DNA of 64,000 nucleotides from Thermoanaerobaculia bacterium (GCA_963719225.1 CAVRAY010000001.1:576001-640000), one strand, 5' to 3'; positions 47,918-59,956 are shown, numbered from the stretch's first letter. Notes: generated by a model not told the origin, from the letters alone. Translations and numbers: made by a program.

Positions 47918-48514
47918 ATGGCCATCCGGATCAACCGCGTTTACACACGGGGAGGCGACGCCGGGGAGACGAGCCTCGTGGGCGGCCAGCGGATCGCGAA
48001 GGACGCGATCCGCATCGAGAGCTACGGGACGGTCGACGAGCTCAACGCTCTTCTCGGGCTCGTGCGCACGGCGAACCGCGACGATGCGGGCGCCGCCGGA
48101 AAGGCGGATCGCGACCGGCTCGACGGAATCCTCGAGCAGATCCAGAACGAGCTCTTCAACCTCGGATCGGATCTCGCCACCCTGCCGCAGGACCGGCATC
48201 CGAAGCAGCCCGTCATCGAAGCGCGCCACGTCTCGTTTCTGGAAAAGACGATCGACGACCTGAACGCCGGCCTGCCGGAGCTGAAGTCCTTCGTGCTGCC
48301 GGGCGGCGGGTGGGTCTCGGCATTCCTGCACCAGGCGCGCACCGTGTGTCGCCGGGCGGAGCGTCTCGTGACGACGCTCGCTCGACAGGAGGCCTTGGGG
48401 GCCCATGCCCTCATCTATCTCAACCGCCTCTCGGACCTGCTCTTCGTGCTGGGCCGCTGGGCGGCGAAGACGCGACAGGAGCCGGAGCCTCTCTGGAATC
48501 CCACGAAGAGCTGA
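47918..48514 (+). CDS. PduO-type cob(I)alamin adenosyltransferase
   Basis: [40 protein letters not shown]. Confidence 0.93.
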   Translation: MAIRINRVYTRGGDAGETSLVGGQRIAKDAIRIESYGTVDELNALLGLVRTANRDDAGAAGKADRDRLDGILEQIQNELFNLGSDLATLPQDRHPKQPVIEARHVSFLEKTIDDLNAGLPELKSFVLPGGGWVSAFLHQARTVCRRAERLVTTLARQEALGAHALIYLNRLSDLLFVLGRWAAKTRQEPEPLWNPTKS

Positions 48515-50076
48515 CGCGCGACAGACGGGCCGCCTGCGCGGCGACCGCGGTGCTCCTCGGGCTTCTCGGCCGCGGCCTCGCGGCGGAGGAGGTTCCGCGC
48601 ATCGAAACCGTCGAGATCCGCTCGACGAACGTCTTCGCGCCGCAGGAGGCGGCGAAGTCCTTCTTCCCTTACGGGCTCGCGAACGTCCTCCACGTCACGA
48701 CCCGATCGTCGTTCATCCAGAAACAGCTCCTCTTCAAGCCGGGAGACGATCTTCGTCCGGATCTTCTCGCCGAGACCGAGCGAAACCTCCGCGCCTTCGG
48801 GCTTTTCCGCAGGGCCTACGTGCGCGCGGAGGGAACCCGCGTCGTCGTCGAGACGGCCGACGCATGGACGCTGCTCCTGCGCGGCTCTCTGTCGAACAAG
48901 GGCGGCGTGACGACGTATTCGATCGGAGCCGAGGAATACAACCTGCTCGGCACCGGCCGCCAGTTCGGATTCGGATGGGAAAAGGAGACGGACCGCTCGT
49001 CCCGGTCGCTCTTTTTCGTCGATCCGAACCTTTTCGTTCCGCACCTGGCGTTCCGGCTGGACGCTTCGGATCTCTCGGACGGCAGGCTCTTCCAGCTGGG
49101 GCTGGGGCGCCCGTTCTATGCGCTCGACGTCCCATGGGCCCTCGAGGGCATGACGAGGCTCTCGGACTTCGACACGAAGCTCTACGCCGGAGGCGAGGAG
49201 GCGACCGTGTGGAAGGAGGAGCAGCGCAGCCTGGTCGTGTCGGCTGGCCGCCTGATCTCCCGCGATCCCGACGCCGTCGTGCGTCTCCTCGGATCCGTCG
49301 AATGGAGCAGCGTGAAGCTCCTCGTCGGCGGCCTCGGACCGCCGCCTTCCCAGGAGACGGCTCATCGCACGTTCCTGTTCGTTTCGGGGGGCATCGCGCG
49401 GGAAGGCTCGGACTGGATCACGCGGCGGCTCGTCGACCGGATCGACCGGGACGAGGATTTCAATCTCGCGACGAGCATCCGCGGAGAGCTCGGTTTCTCG
49501 CCTCACGTCGGAGAGATCCAGGGCGCGGGCCGGGCGCTCGTCTCCGGAAGCACAGGAACTCTCCTGTCCAGGGGCGGCTTTGCGCTCGCGACGCTCGAGG
49601 CCTCGACGCGAGTGTCCTCGAGAATCGAGAACGCCGTCCTTTCGGCAGACGCGCGGGCTTACCTCCTGACGGGCCCGTGGACGTTCGTGGGACGGGTCGG
49701 AACGAAAGTCGGCTGGAACCTCGACCCCGAGAACCAGATTCCGCTCGACGGGGAAAGCGGCGTGCGCGCCTACCGGCTCCATTCCGTGGAAGGGAGCCGC
49801 CGCCTCGTGGCGAACGTCGAAGCGCGCGTTCTCGCGGTGCCCGAGATCCTTCAGCTCGTGTCGTTCGCGCTCGCCGCCTTCGGGGACGTCGGCTGGTCCT
49901 CGGGAGAACCCGACGGTTTCTGGAGACTCGCGGACGCGGGAGTGGGTCTCAGGATCGGCATCACGCGCGCCAGCAAGAACAGCCTCCTGCGCATGGACCT
50001 GGCGCGCTCGCTGCATCCCGACCCCCTCGGCCGGACCGGGTGGCTTCTCTCGTTCTCCTCGGGGCAGGCTTTCTAG
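48511..50076 (+). CDS. Omp85/BamA-TamA family outer membrane protein with one POTRA-like domain
   Basis: [22 protein letters not shown]-terminal SGQAF; start CTG 48511 or GTG 48550. Confidence 0.75.
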   Translation: MTRDRRAACAATAVLLGLLGRGLAAEEVPRIETVEIRSTNVFAPQEAAKSFFPYGLANVLHVTTRSSFIQKQLLFKPGDDLRPDLLAETERNLRAFGLFRRAYVRAEGTRVVVETADAWTLLLRGSLSNKGGVTTYSIGAEEYNLLGTGRQFGFGWEKETDRSSRSLFFVDPNLFVPHLAFRLDASDLSDGRLFQLGLGRPFYALDVPWALEGMTRLSDFDTKLYAGGEEATVWKEEQRSLVVSAGRLISRDPDAVVRLLGSVEWSSVKLLVGGLGPPPSQETAHRTFLFVSGGIAREGSDWITRRLVDRIDRDEDFNLATSIRGELGFSPHVGEIQGAGRALVSGSTGTLLSRGGFALATLEASTRVSSRIENAVLSADARAYLLTGPWTFVGRVGTKVGWNLDPENQIPLDGESGVRAYRLHSVEGSRRLVANVEARVLAVPEILQLVSFALAAFGDVGWSSGEPDGFWRLADAGVGLRIGITRASKNSLLRMDLARSLHPDPLGRTGWLLSFSSGQAF

Positions 50077-50086
50077 GGCGCGGCGG

Positions 50087-51034
50087 TCAGTGGATGCCGT
50101 GCTCCGAGAGCCAGCGCTCGGCGTCGATCGCGGCCTTGCAGCCTTCGCCGGCGGCCGAGACGGCCTGACGGTAGATGAAATCCGCGACGTCGCCGGCCGC
50201 GAAGATGCCCGGAACCGACGTCTTCGTCGAGGGATGCTGGATTCTCAGATAGCCCACGTCGTCCATTTGGAGCTTGCCTCGGAAGAGCTCGGTGTTCGGC
50301 TGGTGGCCGATGGCCGCGAAATATCCCGAGACGCTCAACGTCGTCACGTCGCCCGTTTTCGTGTTCTTCACGCGCACGCCCTTCACGCCCGTCGTCGGCT
50401 CTCCGAGGATCTCCTCGACGATCGTGTCGAGGAGGACCTCGATCTTGGGGTTCTGAAGCGCGCGCTGCACCATGATCTTCGAAGCGCGGAACTCGCTTCG
50501 CCGGTGGACGAGATAGACCTTCGAGCAGAACTTCGTGAGGAAAGTGGCTTCCTCCATCGCCGTGTCTCCGCCTCCCACGACGACGACCTCCTTGCCGCGG
50601 AAGAAGAAGCCGTCGCACGTGGCGCAGGCCGAAACGCCGTAGCCGAGAAGCTTCTTCTCGCTCTCGAGCCCGAGGTATTTCGCCGACGCGCCGGAAGCGA
50701 TGATGACGGCGTCGGCCTTGATCGTTCCGGCCGTCTCGAGCGTCAGCGTGAAGGGCCGCTTGGAGACCTCGACGTTCACGACCGTGTCGACGACGATCTC
50801 GGTGCCGAAGCGCTCGGCCTGCTTGCGGGTGACGTCCATGAGCGTGGGGCCCTGGATGCCGTGCTCGAAACCGGGGAAGTTCTCGACGTCCGTCGTCGTC
50901 GTAAGCTGGCCCCCGGGCTGAATCCCCTCGACGACGAGCGGCTCGAGGTTCGCGCGGGCGGCGTAGATCGCCGCGGTGAGGCCCGCGGGGCCGGAGCCCA
51001 CGATGACGACCTTGTAATGGGATTTCAGGGGCAT
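50087..51034 (-). CDS. trxB: Thioredoxin reductase
   Basis: GSGPAG, CATCDG, GGGDTA, HRR, AAGD. Confidence 0.95.
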   Translation of the reverse strand: MPLKSHYKVVIVGSGPAGLTAAIYAARANLEPLVVEGIQPGGQLTTTTDVENFPGFEHGIQGPTLMDVTRKQAERFGTEIVVDTVVNVEVSKRPFTLTLETAGTIKADAVIIASGASAKYLGLESEKKLLGYGVSACATCDGFFFRGKEVVVVGGGDTAMEEATFLTKFCSKVYLVHRRSEFRASKIMVQRALQNPKIEVLLDTIVEEILGEPTTGVKGVRVKNTKTGDVTTLSVSGYFAAIGHQPNTELFRGKLQMDDVGYLRIQHPSTKTSVPGIFAAGDVADFIYRQAVSAAGEGCKAAIDAERWLSEHGIH

Positions 51035-51040
51035 GGGCCG

Positions 51041-51628
51041 TTACTTCGCGTGGGCGAAGTACTCTTTCGACTTCTCCCAGTCGGCCTTCATGGCCTTCGT
51101 GCCGGGCTTCCAGTCGGCGGGGCAGACCTCACCTTCCTCGCGCACGTGCTGGAACGCCTGGAGGACGCGAAGCGTCTCGTCGACCGACCGGCCGACTGCC
51201 GTGTTGTTGATCGTGGCGTGCTGGACGACGCCGTCCGGATCGATGATGAAGAGCCCGCGCAGCGCGATCCTGCCGTTCTCGGCGAGCACGTTGTACTCCC
51301 GGGCGAGGTCCTTCCCGAGGTCCTCGAGGAGGGGATAGGCGAGGCCCTTGATCCCTCCCTCCTCGCGGGGTTTCTCGGTCCACGCGAGGTGACTGAATTT
51401 CGAGTCCACGGACGCGCCGAGCACTTCGGCGTTGACCCTCCGGAACTCCCCGAGCCGGTCCGAGAACGCGAGGATCTCGGTCGGGCAGACGAACGTGAAG
51501 TCGAGGGGATAGAAGAAGAGGACGACCCACTTTCCTTTGTAATCGGAAAGGCGGTAGGTGTGGAACTTGCCGTTGAGGACGCCTTCGAGGGCGAATTCGG
51601 GGGCCATTCGGCCGACGATCTGGGCCAT
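51041..51628 (-). CDS. ahpC: 2-Cys peroxiredoxin
   Basis: [13 protein letters not shown] and VCPADW. Confidence 0.92.
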   Translation of the reverse strand: MAQIVGRMAPEFALEGVLNGKFHTYRLSDYKGKWVVLFFYPLDFTFVCPTEILAFSDRLGEFRRVNAEVLGASVDSKFSHLAWTEKPREEGGIKGLAYPLLEDLGKDLAREYNVLAENGRIALRGLFIIDPDGVVQHATINNTAVGRSVDETLRVLQAFQHVREEGEVCPADWKPGTKAMKADWEKSKEYFAHAK

Positions 51629-51693
51629 GGATATTCTCCTTGTGCGGGCCTTATCTTTCCCGGGCGGGCGATTCTGGCCCCGCTTCGGGCCTC

Positions 51694-51758
51694 AATTTAG
51701 ACTAAGTCTAGAAAGAAGTCCATTTGCTCTTGATTCTTAATTATATCGAGTCTAAATT
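51694..51758. promoter_or_regulatory. Two PerR/Fur-like 7-1-7 operator boxes between the divergent ahpC and rubrerythrin genes
   Basis: TTAGACT-A-AGTCTAG at 51697-51711 and TTATATC-G-AGTCTAA at 51741-51755, inside an AT-rich island. Confidence 0.6.
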
Positions 51759-51784
51759 ACTCGCACGATCACGAAGGAGGATTC

Positions 51785-52207
51785 ATGGCCGAACTCAAGG
51801 GAACGAAAACACACGAAAACCTCAAGCACGCGTTCGCGGGCGAGAGCCAGGCGAACCGCCGCTACCTCTACTTCGCCGACAAGGCCGACATCGAGGGGTA
51901 CCCCGAGATTGCCGGAAACTTCCGTGACACGGCCGAAGGCGAAACCGGCCATGCGCACGGTCACATGGACTACCTCAAAGCGGCGGGAGATCCGGCGACG
52001 GGACTCCCGTTCGGCTCGACGACTCTGAACCTCAAGAGCGCGATCGAAGGCGAAACGTACGAGTACACGCAGATGTACCCGGGCTTCGCGAAGACCGCCC
52101 GCGAGGAGGGCTTCGCCGAAGTCGCCGACTGGTTCGAGACGCTCGCGCGCGCCGAGAAGTCGCACGCGAACCGCTTCTCGAAGCTCCTGACGACGATCGG
52201 GACCTAG
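51785..52207 (+). CDS. Short rubrerythrin (no rubredoxin domain)
   Basis: [25 protein letters not shown]. Confidence 0.92.
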   Translation: MAELKGTKTHENLKHAFAGESQANRRYLYFADKADIEGYPEIAGNFRDTAEGETGHAHGHMDYLKAAGDPATGLPFGSTTLNLKSAIEGETYEYTQMYPGFAKTAREEGFAEVADWFETLARAEKSHANRFSKLLTTIGT

Positions 52208-52303
52208 AGAGCAAGAAGAGAAGAGAAGAGATTTGCTTAGAAGATAAGAGGGGAGGGGTCACCGCGCGCTGATCGTCCCCTCTCCTTCAAAGAATCTCTC
52301 CTC
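52208..52303. repeat. Convergent motif pair forming a long imperfect hairpin
   Basis: + GAGATTTGCTTAGAAGATAAGAGGGG; - GAGAGATTCTTTGAAGGAGAGGGG. Confidence 0.65.
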
Positions 52304-52310
52304 GAACGTT

Positions 52311-53612
52311 ATGGGAGCCGTAGGTTCGCCCGTCAAGGTCATCGACAGTCCATCTCTCTCTCTTGAGCTGACCCGCGTTGCGGACATCTGTCACGGGTGC
52401 CGGCGGTGCTTTTCGCTGTGCCCTTCGTTCGACGTGCTCTTCAAGGGACTCGACGTCCCGGAGGTGGACGGCGAGGCGGAGAAGCTGCCGAAGAAGGTCC
52501 TCGACGACTTCGTGGATCTTTGTTACGAGTGCAAGCTCTGCATCCCGCACTGCCCGTACATCCCGCCGCACCGCTGGGCGGTGGACGTCCCGCACCTCGT
52601 CCTGGAGTCGCGCAACGTCCGGATGAAGGAGACGGGCCTTCCTCTCCGCGAGCGTCTCCTTTCGCGTCCCGACGCCCTCGGCCGCCTCGCGCGGCCGGTC
52701 GCGCCGGTCGCGAACTTCGTGAACACGCTGCCGCTCGCGCGCTGGGCCCTGGAGAAGACGCTCGGCGTCGCGGCCGGGAAAGACCTGCCGCATTTCGTCT
52801 GGCGCACGTTCACGGCATGGTTCGAGACTCGCGAGGCGCCCGCCAGGACGGGGAAGCCCGTCGCGAAAGTCGTCCTTTTTCCGACCTGTTCCGTCGAGTG
52901 GAACCGGCCGGACATCGGGCGGGCCGCGGTCGCGGTCCTCGAGAAGAACCGGGTCGAGGTCGCGGTCGCGTATCCGCAATGCTGCGGGATGCCGCTCTTC
53001 GACGTCGGGGACGTCGGGGGCGCGGACGAGGCCCGCCGGGCATTCGTGTCCTCGATGAAAGGCTGGGTCGATCGCGGCTACACGATCGTGACGCCCGGCC
53101 CCTCGTGCTCTCTCATGATCAAGAAGGAGTATCCGTGGCTCGAGAAGCGAGGCGAGGTCGGGACGGGCGCCGCGACGGCCCCGACGGACACGCAGGCCGT
53201 CGCCGCCGCCACGCGCGACCTCTTCGAATTCCTCGCCGAGCTGAAGGCGAAGGGACTTCTGGCGCTCGACTTCCCGAACGCCCCGAAGTCGATCGCCTAT
53301 CACCTGCCTTGTCATCTGAAAGTCCAGAACATGGGCTTCAAGTCGCGCGATCTCCTCGCCGCCACGGGGGCGTCCGTCACGATGGTGGAGAAGTGCTCCG
53401 GCCACGACGGCACCTGGGCGATGAAGGAGGAGTATTTCGGCCTCTCGATGCAGGTGGGAAAGAAGCTCTTCGACGGACTCGCCGATGCCAACGCGGACGT
53501 CATTGCCTCCGACTGCGCCCTGGCGGGAGTGCAGATCCGGCAGGGGATGGGCACAGCCGTGAAACACCCCATCGAAATCCTACGCGATGCCTATGGATTG
53601 CCGGCTGATTGA
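52311..53612 (+). CDS. Rubrerythrin-associated Fe-S oxidoreductase (GlpC/HdrD-like, CCG domains)
   Basis: CHGCRRCFSLC, CYECKLC...CPY, CCGMP, CSGHDG. Confidence 0.85.
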   Translation: MGAVGSPVKVIDSPSLSLELTRVADICHGCRRCFSLCPSFDVLFKGLDVPEVDGEAEKLPKKVLDDFVDLCYECKLCIPHCPYIPPHRWAVDVPHLVLESRNVRMKETGLPLRERLLSRPDALGRLARPVAPVANFVNTLPLARWALEKTLGVAAGKDLPHFVWRTFTAWFETREAPARTGKPVAKVVLFPTCSVEWNRPDIGRAAVAVLEKNRVEVAVAYPQCCGMPLFDVGDVGGADEARRAFVSSMKGWVDRGYTIVTPGPSCSLMIKKEYPWLEKRGEVGTGAATAPTDTQAVAAATRDLFEFLAELKAKGLLALDFPNAPKSIAYHLPCHLKVQNMGFKSRDLLAATGASVTMVEKCSGHDGTWAMKEEYFGLSMQVGKKLFDGLADANADVIASDCALAGVQIRQGMGTAVKHPIEILRDAYGLPAD

Positions 53613-53653
53613 AGCGAAGGATTTTCACCTTCCAAGAAAAACATCGAAATGAA

Positions 53654-54241
53654 ATGAAGAAACTTGTCCTTTCTGACGTGAAGAACCTCCAGGAATACGA
53701 GCTCATCCGAGACGAGTGGCGGCGCGAGATCATCGCCGTGAAAGCGAAACGGCGCGTCCTCCTCGGCGACATGATGTCTCTCGTCTTCGAGAGCCGCCTA
53801 ACCGTCCTGAATCAGGTCCAGGAGATGTGCCGGGCCGAGCGCCTCGCGAAGCCGGAAGCCGTCCAGCAGGAAATCGACGTGTACAACGAGCTGATTCCCG
53901 ACGCCGGCGAGCTTTCAGCCACGCTTCTCGTCGAGATCACCGAGGAAGCGCGCATCCAGCCCCAGCTCGACCGGCTCCTGGGCCTCTCCTCCGGCCGTCA
54001 TCTCTGGCTCGAGCTGAACGGCCGCAAGGTGTTCGCGCGCTTCCTCGAAGGACAGGGGCGCGAGGATCGGATCGCCGCCGTCCAGTACCTGCGGTTTCCG
54101 ATCGGGACCGATCCCGAAGATCGCGGGGCGCTCGCAGGTGGCCCGGCGGCGGTGGTCCTCCACGTCGAACACCCGGGCTACCAGGCTCACGCCGTCCTTT
54201 CCCTCGAGACCCGCGCCGAAATCGCCCGCGATCTCGACTGA
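53654..54241 (+). CDS. DUF3501 family protein
   Basis: QVQEMCRAE, YNELIP, SATLLVE, VQYLRF; known partner of short rubrerythrins. Confidence 0.85.
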   Translation: MKKLVLSDVKNLQEYELIRDEWRREIIAVKAKRRVLLGDMMSLVFESRLTVLNQVQEMCRAERLAKPEAVQQEIDVYNELIPDAGELSATLLVEITEEARIQPQLDRLLGLSSGRHLWLELNGRKVFARFLEGQGREDRIAAVQYLRFPIGTDPEDRGALAGGPAAVVLHVEHPGYQAHAVLSLETRAEIARDLD

Positions 54242-54272
54242 CGCCCGTCCGGGGCGCGAATAGAATCGGCCG

Positions 54273-54764
54273 ATGCTGATCCACTTGCTCCGCCACGCCG
54301 AAGCCGAAGACGTTTCCCCGACCGGGCGAGACCCCGATCGCCGGCTCACCGAGGAAGGCCGGAAGCGGATGCGAGCCGTCGCCAAGGCGATCGCGAAGCT
54401 GGAGCCCGGTTACGAGGCCGTGCTCGTCTCACCGTTCGTCCGCTCCCGCCAGACGGCCGAGCCGGTGGCCGAGACGTGCGGTTTCAAGCGGCCGTTCACG
54501 GAGACGAAGAGCCTCGCCCCCAATGCCGACCCCGCCGAGGTTCTCCACGAACTCGCACGGCTCGGCCCGGCCAGCGCTCTGCTCGTCGGCCACCAACCTC
54601 ATTTCGGCCTTCTGTTCGGGCTGCTCCTCTCGGGCCGTCGCGACCTCGAAATCCCGATGAAGAAGGCCGGCCTCGCGGCATTCGAAGCCCCCGCGGATCC
54701 GTCCCTCGGACCTGCGGAGCTGAAGTTTCTCCTTCCTCCGAGACTCCTGGAAAAGCTGGCATGA
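54273..54764 (+). CDS. sixA: Phosphohistidine phosphatase SixA
   Basis: LLRHAEA, DRRLTEEG, RSRQTA, LVGHQP. Confidence 0.88.
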   Translation: MLIHLLRHAEAEDVSPTGRDPDRRLTEEGRKRMRAVAKAIAKLEPGYEAVLVSPFVRSRQTAEPVAETCGFKRPFTETKSLAPNADPAEVLHELARLGPASALLVGHQPHFGLLFGLLLSGRRDLEIPMKKAGLAAFEAPADPSLGPAELKFLLPPRLLEKLA

Positions 54765-54842
54765 CAACGAGTTACGTTCGGCAAGGCGAATAGTTGAGCC
54801 GTTCCTGATAGGATCTCGCGTTCTTGGAGGAACGATTTTCCC

Positions 54843-55442
54843 ATGGGTAAAAGCATTGCTCTCGGCTGCATCGTCCTCGTCCTGGTCGGCGTTCTCGTCG
54901 TCGGCGGCATGGCGGCGGGCGCCTACAACAAGCTGAACTCGGCCGATCAGGCCGTCAGCGCGGGCTGGGCCCAGGTGGAGAACGTTTACCAGCGCCGTGC
55001 CGATCTGATCCCGAATCTCGTCGAGACGGTCAAGGGAGCGGCGAACTTCGAAAAAGACACGCTCACGCAAGTCATCCAGGCGCGCGCCTCGGCCTCGCAA
55101 GTCAAGCTCGACGCGAACTCCATCAAGGACCCCGCCGCGTTCGACAAGTTCCAGAAGGCGCAGGACCAGCTCGGGGGGGCCCTCAGCCGCCTTCTCGTCA
55201 CGATCGAGAAGTACCCGGAGCTGAAGGCGAACCAGAACTACCGCGACCTTCAGACGCAGCTCGAGGGCACGGAGAACCGAATCTCCGTCGAGCGGGGCCG
55301 ATTCAATGACGTGACGCAGGCCTACAACACGCTGCGCCGGTCGTTCCCGACCGTCATCGTGGCGAGCTTCGCCGGCTTCAAGGACCGTCCCTACTTCAAG
55401 GCCACGGAAGGCTCGGAAAAGCCGCCGGCCGTGAAGTTCTGA
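54843..55442 (+). CDS. lemA: LemA family protein
   Basis: YQRRADLIPNLV, YPELKA, EGTENRI. Confidence 0.92.
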   Translation: MGKSIALGCIVLVLVGVLVVGGMAAGAYNKLNSADQAVSAGWAQVENVYQRRADLIPNLVETVKGAANFEKDTLTQVIQARASASQVKLDANSIKDPAAFDKFQKAQDQLGGALSRLLVTIEKYPELKANQNYRDLQTQLEGTENRISVERGRFNDVTQAYNTLRRSFPTVIVASFAGFKDRPYFKATEGSEKPPAVKF

Positions 55443-55443
55443 C

Positions 55444-55590
55444 GAGGGAACGAGAGAAAGAGAAGAACAGGGATTCGGATTTTCCTAGAGTGAGAAGAGG
55501 CGGAGGCCGACGGTCGTTCGTTGCCGGAAAGCGCAGCGCTGCCCCTCTTGCCTTCAAAGAAATCTTCCTCTTCATTTCTCTTCTTCTTTC
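55444..55590. repeat. Convergent motif pair with outward purine tracts
   Basis: + GGATTTTCCTAGAGTGAGAAGAGG; - GAAAGAAGAAGAGAAATGAAGAGGAAGATTTCTTTGAAGGCAAGAGGGG. Confidence 0.65.
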
Positions 55591-56356
55591 GGGCGCCGCG
55601 TTCGGCGCGGGCCCGCCGCCTCCGCCGCCAAAGCCCGCGAAGTACCTCACGGATCTCGCGGGGGTCGTCCCGCCCGAGCGCGCGGCGCGCTTGAACGAGA
55701 AGCTCGCGACTTTCGAGCGCGAGACGTCGAACCAGGTCCTCGTCTGGATCGACCGGAAGATCCCGGACGGAACGACGCTCGAAGAGTTCGCGAATCGCGC
55801 GTTCCATGCCTGGGGCGTGGGACAGAAGGGCAAGTCGAACGGCGTCGTCCTCTTCCTCTTCACGGAAAACGGGCGCATCCGGATGGAGGTCGGTTACGGC
55901 CTCGAAGGCGCCCTCCCCGACGCCCGCGCCCACCGCATCAACGCGGAGCTCGTCGCGCCGCTGTTCCGGAAAGGCGACGTCGCGGGTGCGGTCGATGCCG
56001 GGACGAACGCAATTCTCGCGGCGGCGCGGGGCGAGCCCTACAAAGGAACCGGCCGAACATCCGCCGAGAAGCGCGGGCCGCTCGGGCTCCCACCCGGCAG
56101 GAGCCTCGGCGCGCTGATTCCGCTTGCTCTTTTCTTCGGTGGGTTCGTTTTCATCTTCGCGATCATCGTCTGGGCCGCGCGCCGGAGCGGGCGCGGCAGG
56201 GGGTTGCCGGGGTCGTCGGGCTGGGTGTCCGGCTCCGATTCTTATTCTTCGTCCTCTTCCGACTTCTCGTCGTCGTCTTCGTCGTCCGATTCCTCGTCCT
56301 CGTCTGATTTTTCCGGGGGCGGAGGAGACAGCGGCGGTGGCGGCTCGAGCGACTAG
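55490..56356 (+). CDS. TPM domain protein (YgcG-like) with a Ser/Gly-rich tail
   Basis: DLAGVV, WGVGQKGKSNG, EVGYGLEGALPD; start uncertain. Confidence 0.85.
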   Translation: MRRGGGRRSFVAGKRSAAPLAFKEIFLFISLLLSGAAFGAGPPPPPPKPAKYLTDLAGVVPPERAARLNEKLATFERETSNQVLVWIDRKIPDGTTLEEFANRAFHAWGVGQKGKSNGVVLFLFTENGRIRMEVGYGLEGALPDARAHRINAELVAPLFRKGDVAGAVDAGTNAILAAARGEPYKGTGRTSAEKRGPLGLPPGRSLGALIPLALFFGGFVFIFAIIVWAARRSGRGRGLPGSSGWVSGSDSYSSSSSDFSSSSSSSDSSSSSDFSGGGGDSGGGGSSD

Positions 56357-56366
56357 CTCGAACTCC

Positions 56367-57128
56367 ATGCGATACCGCAACCCGATCGCTCTTTCCCTCC
56401 TTCTCCTCGCCGGGGTTCTCGCCGCGGCCGGGCCGGTCGTTCCGCCGACGCCCACGCGGTACGTGACGGACAACGCGGGCGTCATCGCGTCCGACGCGAA
56501 TGCGCGGCTGGAGACACGTCTCGCCGACTTCGAGAGGGAGACCTCGAACCAGTTCCTCGTTTACACGCAGACGACGATCCCCGAAGGCACCACGCTCGAG
56601 GAATACACGGTCGCGTGCGCGCAGGCCTGGAAGGCCGGGCAGACGCAGAGGAAGAACGGGATGATCCTCTTCGTCTTCCCCGGATCGCGGAAGGCGCGCC
56701 TCGAGGTCGGCTACGGCCTGGAAGGCGCTATGCCCGACGCCCTCGCGCGCCGAGTCCTCGACGAGCAGGTGATCCCGCGCTTCCGGACGGGCGACTACAG
56801 CGGCGGGATCTCAGCGGGCGTCACCGCCGCGATCGCGGCCACACGTGGCGAGTACAAGGGGACCGGAAGGACGCGCGGGCAACGCCAGGAGCGGGGTCTG
56901 CCCTTCCCGCTTTTCCTCGCCCTCCTCTTCTTCTTTTTCTTCGGAATCATCCCCTTCTTCTTCGGGCGTCGCGGCGGATACTCGTACATAGGCCGCGGCG
57001 GCTGGGGCTCAGGGGGCTTCGGCGGCTTCGGCGGGTTCGGTGGCGGCGGCTTCGGCGGCGGGGGAGGAGGCGGCTTCTCGGGCGGCGGCGGCTCCTTCGG
57101 GGGCGGCGGCGCGAGCGGGAGCTGGTGA
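56367..57128 (+). CDS. TPM domain protein (YgcG-like) with a Gly/Phe-rich tail
   Basis: VTDNAGVI, EVGYGLEGAMPD, GGGGASGSW. Confidence 0.88.
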   Translation: MRYRNPIALSLLLLAGVLAAAGPVVPPTPTRYVTDNAGVIASDANARLETRLADFERETSNQFLVYTQTTIPEGTTLEEYTVACAQAWKAGQTQRKNGMILFVFPGSRKARLEVGYGLEGAMPDALARRVLDEQVIPRFRTGDYSGGISAGVTAAIAATRGEYKGTGRTRGQRQERGLPFPLFLALLFFFFFGIIPFFFGRRGGYSYIGRGGWGSGGFGGFGGFGGGGFGGGGGGGFSGGGGSFGGGGASGSW

Positions 57129-57578
57129 ATGGCGAGACACCGGAAGACGGCGGCGTTCTTCGACGGCCTCGATCGCCCTGCGATCGTCGAAGCGATCAAG
57201 CGGGCCGAGTCGAAGAGCTTCGGCGAGATCCGCGTGCATCTTCACCGCGGACCCGTCTCCGACGCGCTCGACGCTGCGCAGGCCGCCTTCAAGAAGCTCG
57301 GCATGGAAAAGACGGTGCAGGGCAGCGGCTGTCTCGTGTTCATCGCCCCGGAGGCGCGCGCCTTCGCGGTCGTCGGGGGTACCGGGATCCACGAGAAGGT
57401 GGGGGACACCTTCTGGGCCGAAGCGCGGGACGCGGCGCAGGCGCTTTTCGTGGACGGAAAGTTCACGGAAGGCATCGTCGCGGCCGTCGACAAGCTCGGC
57501 GACGCGCTCGCGCTGCATTTTCCGAAGGCAGGACGATCGGACACGAACGAGCTTTCGGACGAGGTCAGCGAGGACTGA
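57129..57578 (+). CDS. Small TPM domain protein
   Basis: AIKRAESKSFGEIRVH, GIHEKVG..FW, NELSDE. Confidence 0.85.
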   Translation: MARHRKTAAFFDGLDRPAIVEAIKRAESKSFGEIRVHLHRGPVSDALDAAQAAFKKLGMEKTVQGSGCLVFIAPEARAFAVVGGTGIHEKVGDTFWAEARDAAQALFVDGKFTEGIVAAVDKLGDALALHFPKAGRSDTNELSDEVSED

Positions 57579-57585
57579 CGCCGCT

Positions 57586-57614
57586 TTGACAGGTGTCGGC
57601 GGGTCTGGTAAGTT
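57586..57614 (+). promoter_or_regulatory. Sigma70 promoter of rplU-rpmA-obg
   Basis: TTGACA-17-TAAGTT with an extended TG. Confidence 0.7.
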
Positions 57615-57649
57615 TGTCGGCCGTTTTGTTCGGGAAATCGAGGTAAAGC

Positions 57650-57970
57650 ATGTACGCAGTGATCCGGACCGGTGGGAAGCAGGTGCGCGTCGCCGAAGGC
57701 GACGTCGTGCGTGTCGAGCGCCTCACGAAAGAGACCCTGAAGAAGGGCGCGGAGGTGTCTCTCCCCGAGGTCCTCGCCATCGGCAAGGACGACGGCCTGC
57801 ACCTCGGCTCCCCGCTCGTTTCCGGCGCCGCGGTCACGGGCGTCGTCGTGCGCGAGATGCGCGGGCCGAAGCTCCTCGTCTACAAGAAGAAGCGCCGGAA
57901 AGGCTTCCAGCGCACCCACGGACACCGTCAGGATCTCGTCGAGATCCGCATCGCGTCCATCGTCGGATAA
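57650..57970 (+). CDS. rplU: 50S ribosomal protein L21
   Basis: [15 protein letters not shown]. Confidence 0.97.
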   Translation: MYAVIRTGGKQVRVAEGDVVRVERLTKETLKKGAEVSLPEVLAIGKDDGLHLGSPLVSGAAVTGVVVREMRGPKLLVYKKKRRKGFQRTHGHRQDLVEIRIASIVG

Positions 57971-57980
57971 GGGACCAGTC

Positions 57981-58250
57981 ATGGCACACAAAAAAGGTCA
58001 GGGTTCGTCCCGCAACGGGCGCGACAGCAACAGCCAGCGCCTCGGCGTGAAACGCTTCGCGGGCCAGCTCGTCTCCGGCGGCTCGATCCTCGTTCGGCAG
58101 CGCGGCACGCCGCTCAAACCCGGCGAGAACGTCGGCCGCGCCAAGGACGATTCGCTCTTCGCGAAGGTGGACGGCATCGTGAATTTCCACGACAAGGGCC
58201 GCCTGGGCCGATTCGTGTCGATCACGCCCGCGGCGGAAAAGACCGCGTAG
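57981..58250 (+). CDS. rpmA: 50S ribosomal protein L27
   Basis: [16 protein letters not shown]. Confidence 0.98.
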   Translation: MAHKKGQGSSRNGRDSNSQRLGVKRFAGQLVSGGSILVRQRGTPLKPGENVGRAKDDSLFAKVDGIVNFHDKGRLGRFVSITPAAEKTA

Positions 58251-58266
58251 GTCGGTGTTTCCGTGA

Positions 58267-59956
<1,690 letters not shown>

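Noticed and set aside
51785-54241. Rubrerythrin-FeS oxidoreductase-DUF3501 as a novel system
   Set aside because: Already described as a conserved cluster of short aerobic-type rubrerythrins.
56230-57125. TCG/TCC and GGCGGCTTC tandem-like repeats
   Set aside because: They simply encode the Ser- and Gly-rich tails typical of TPM proteins.
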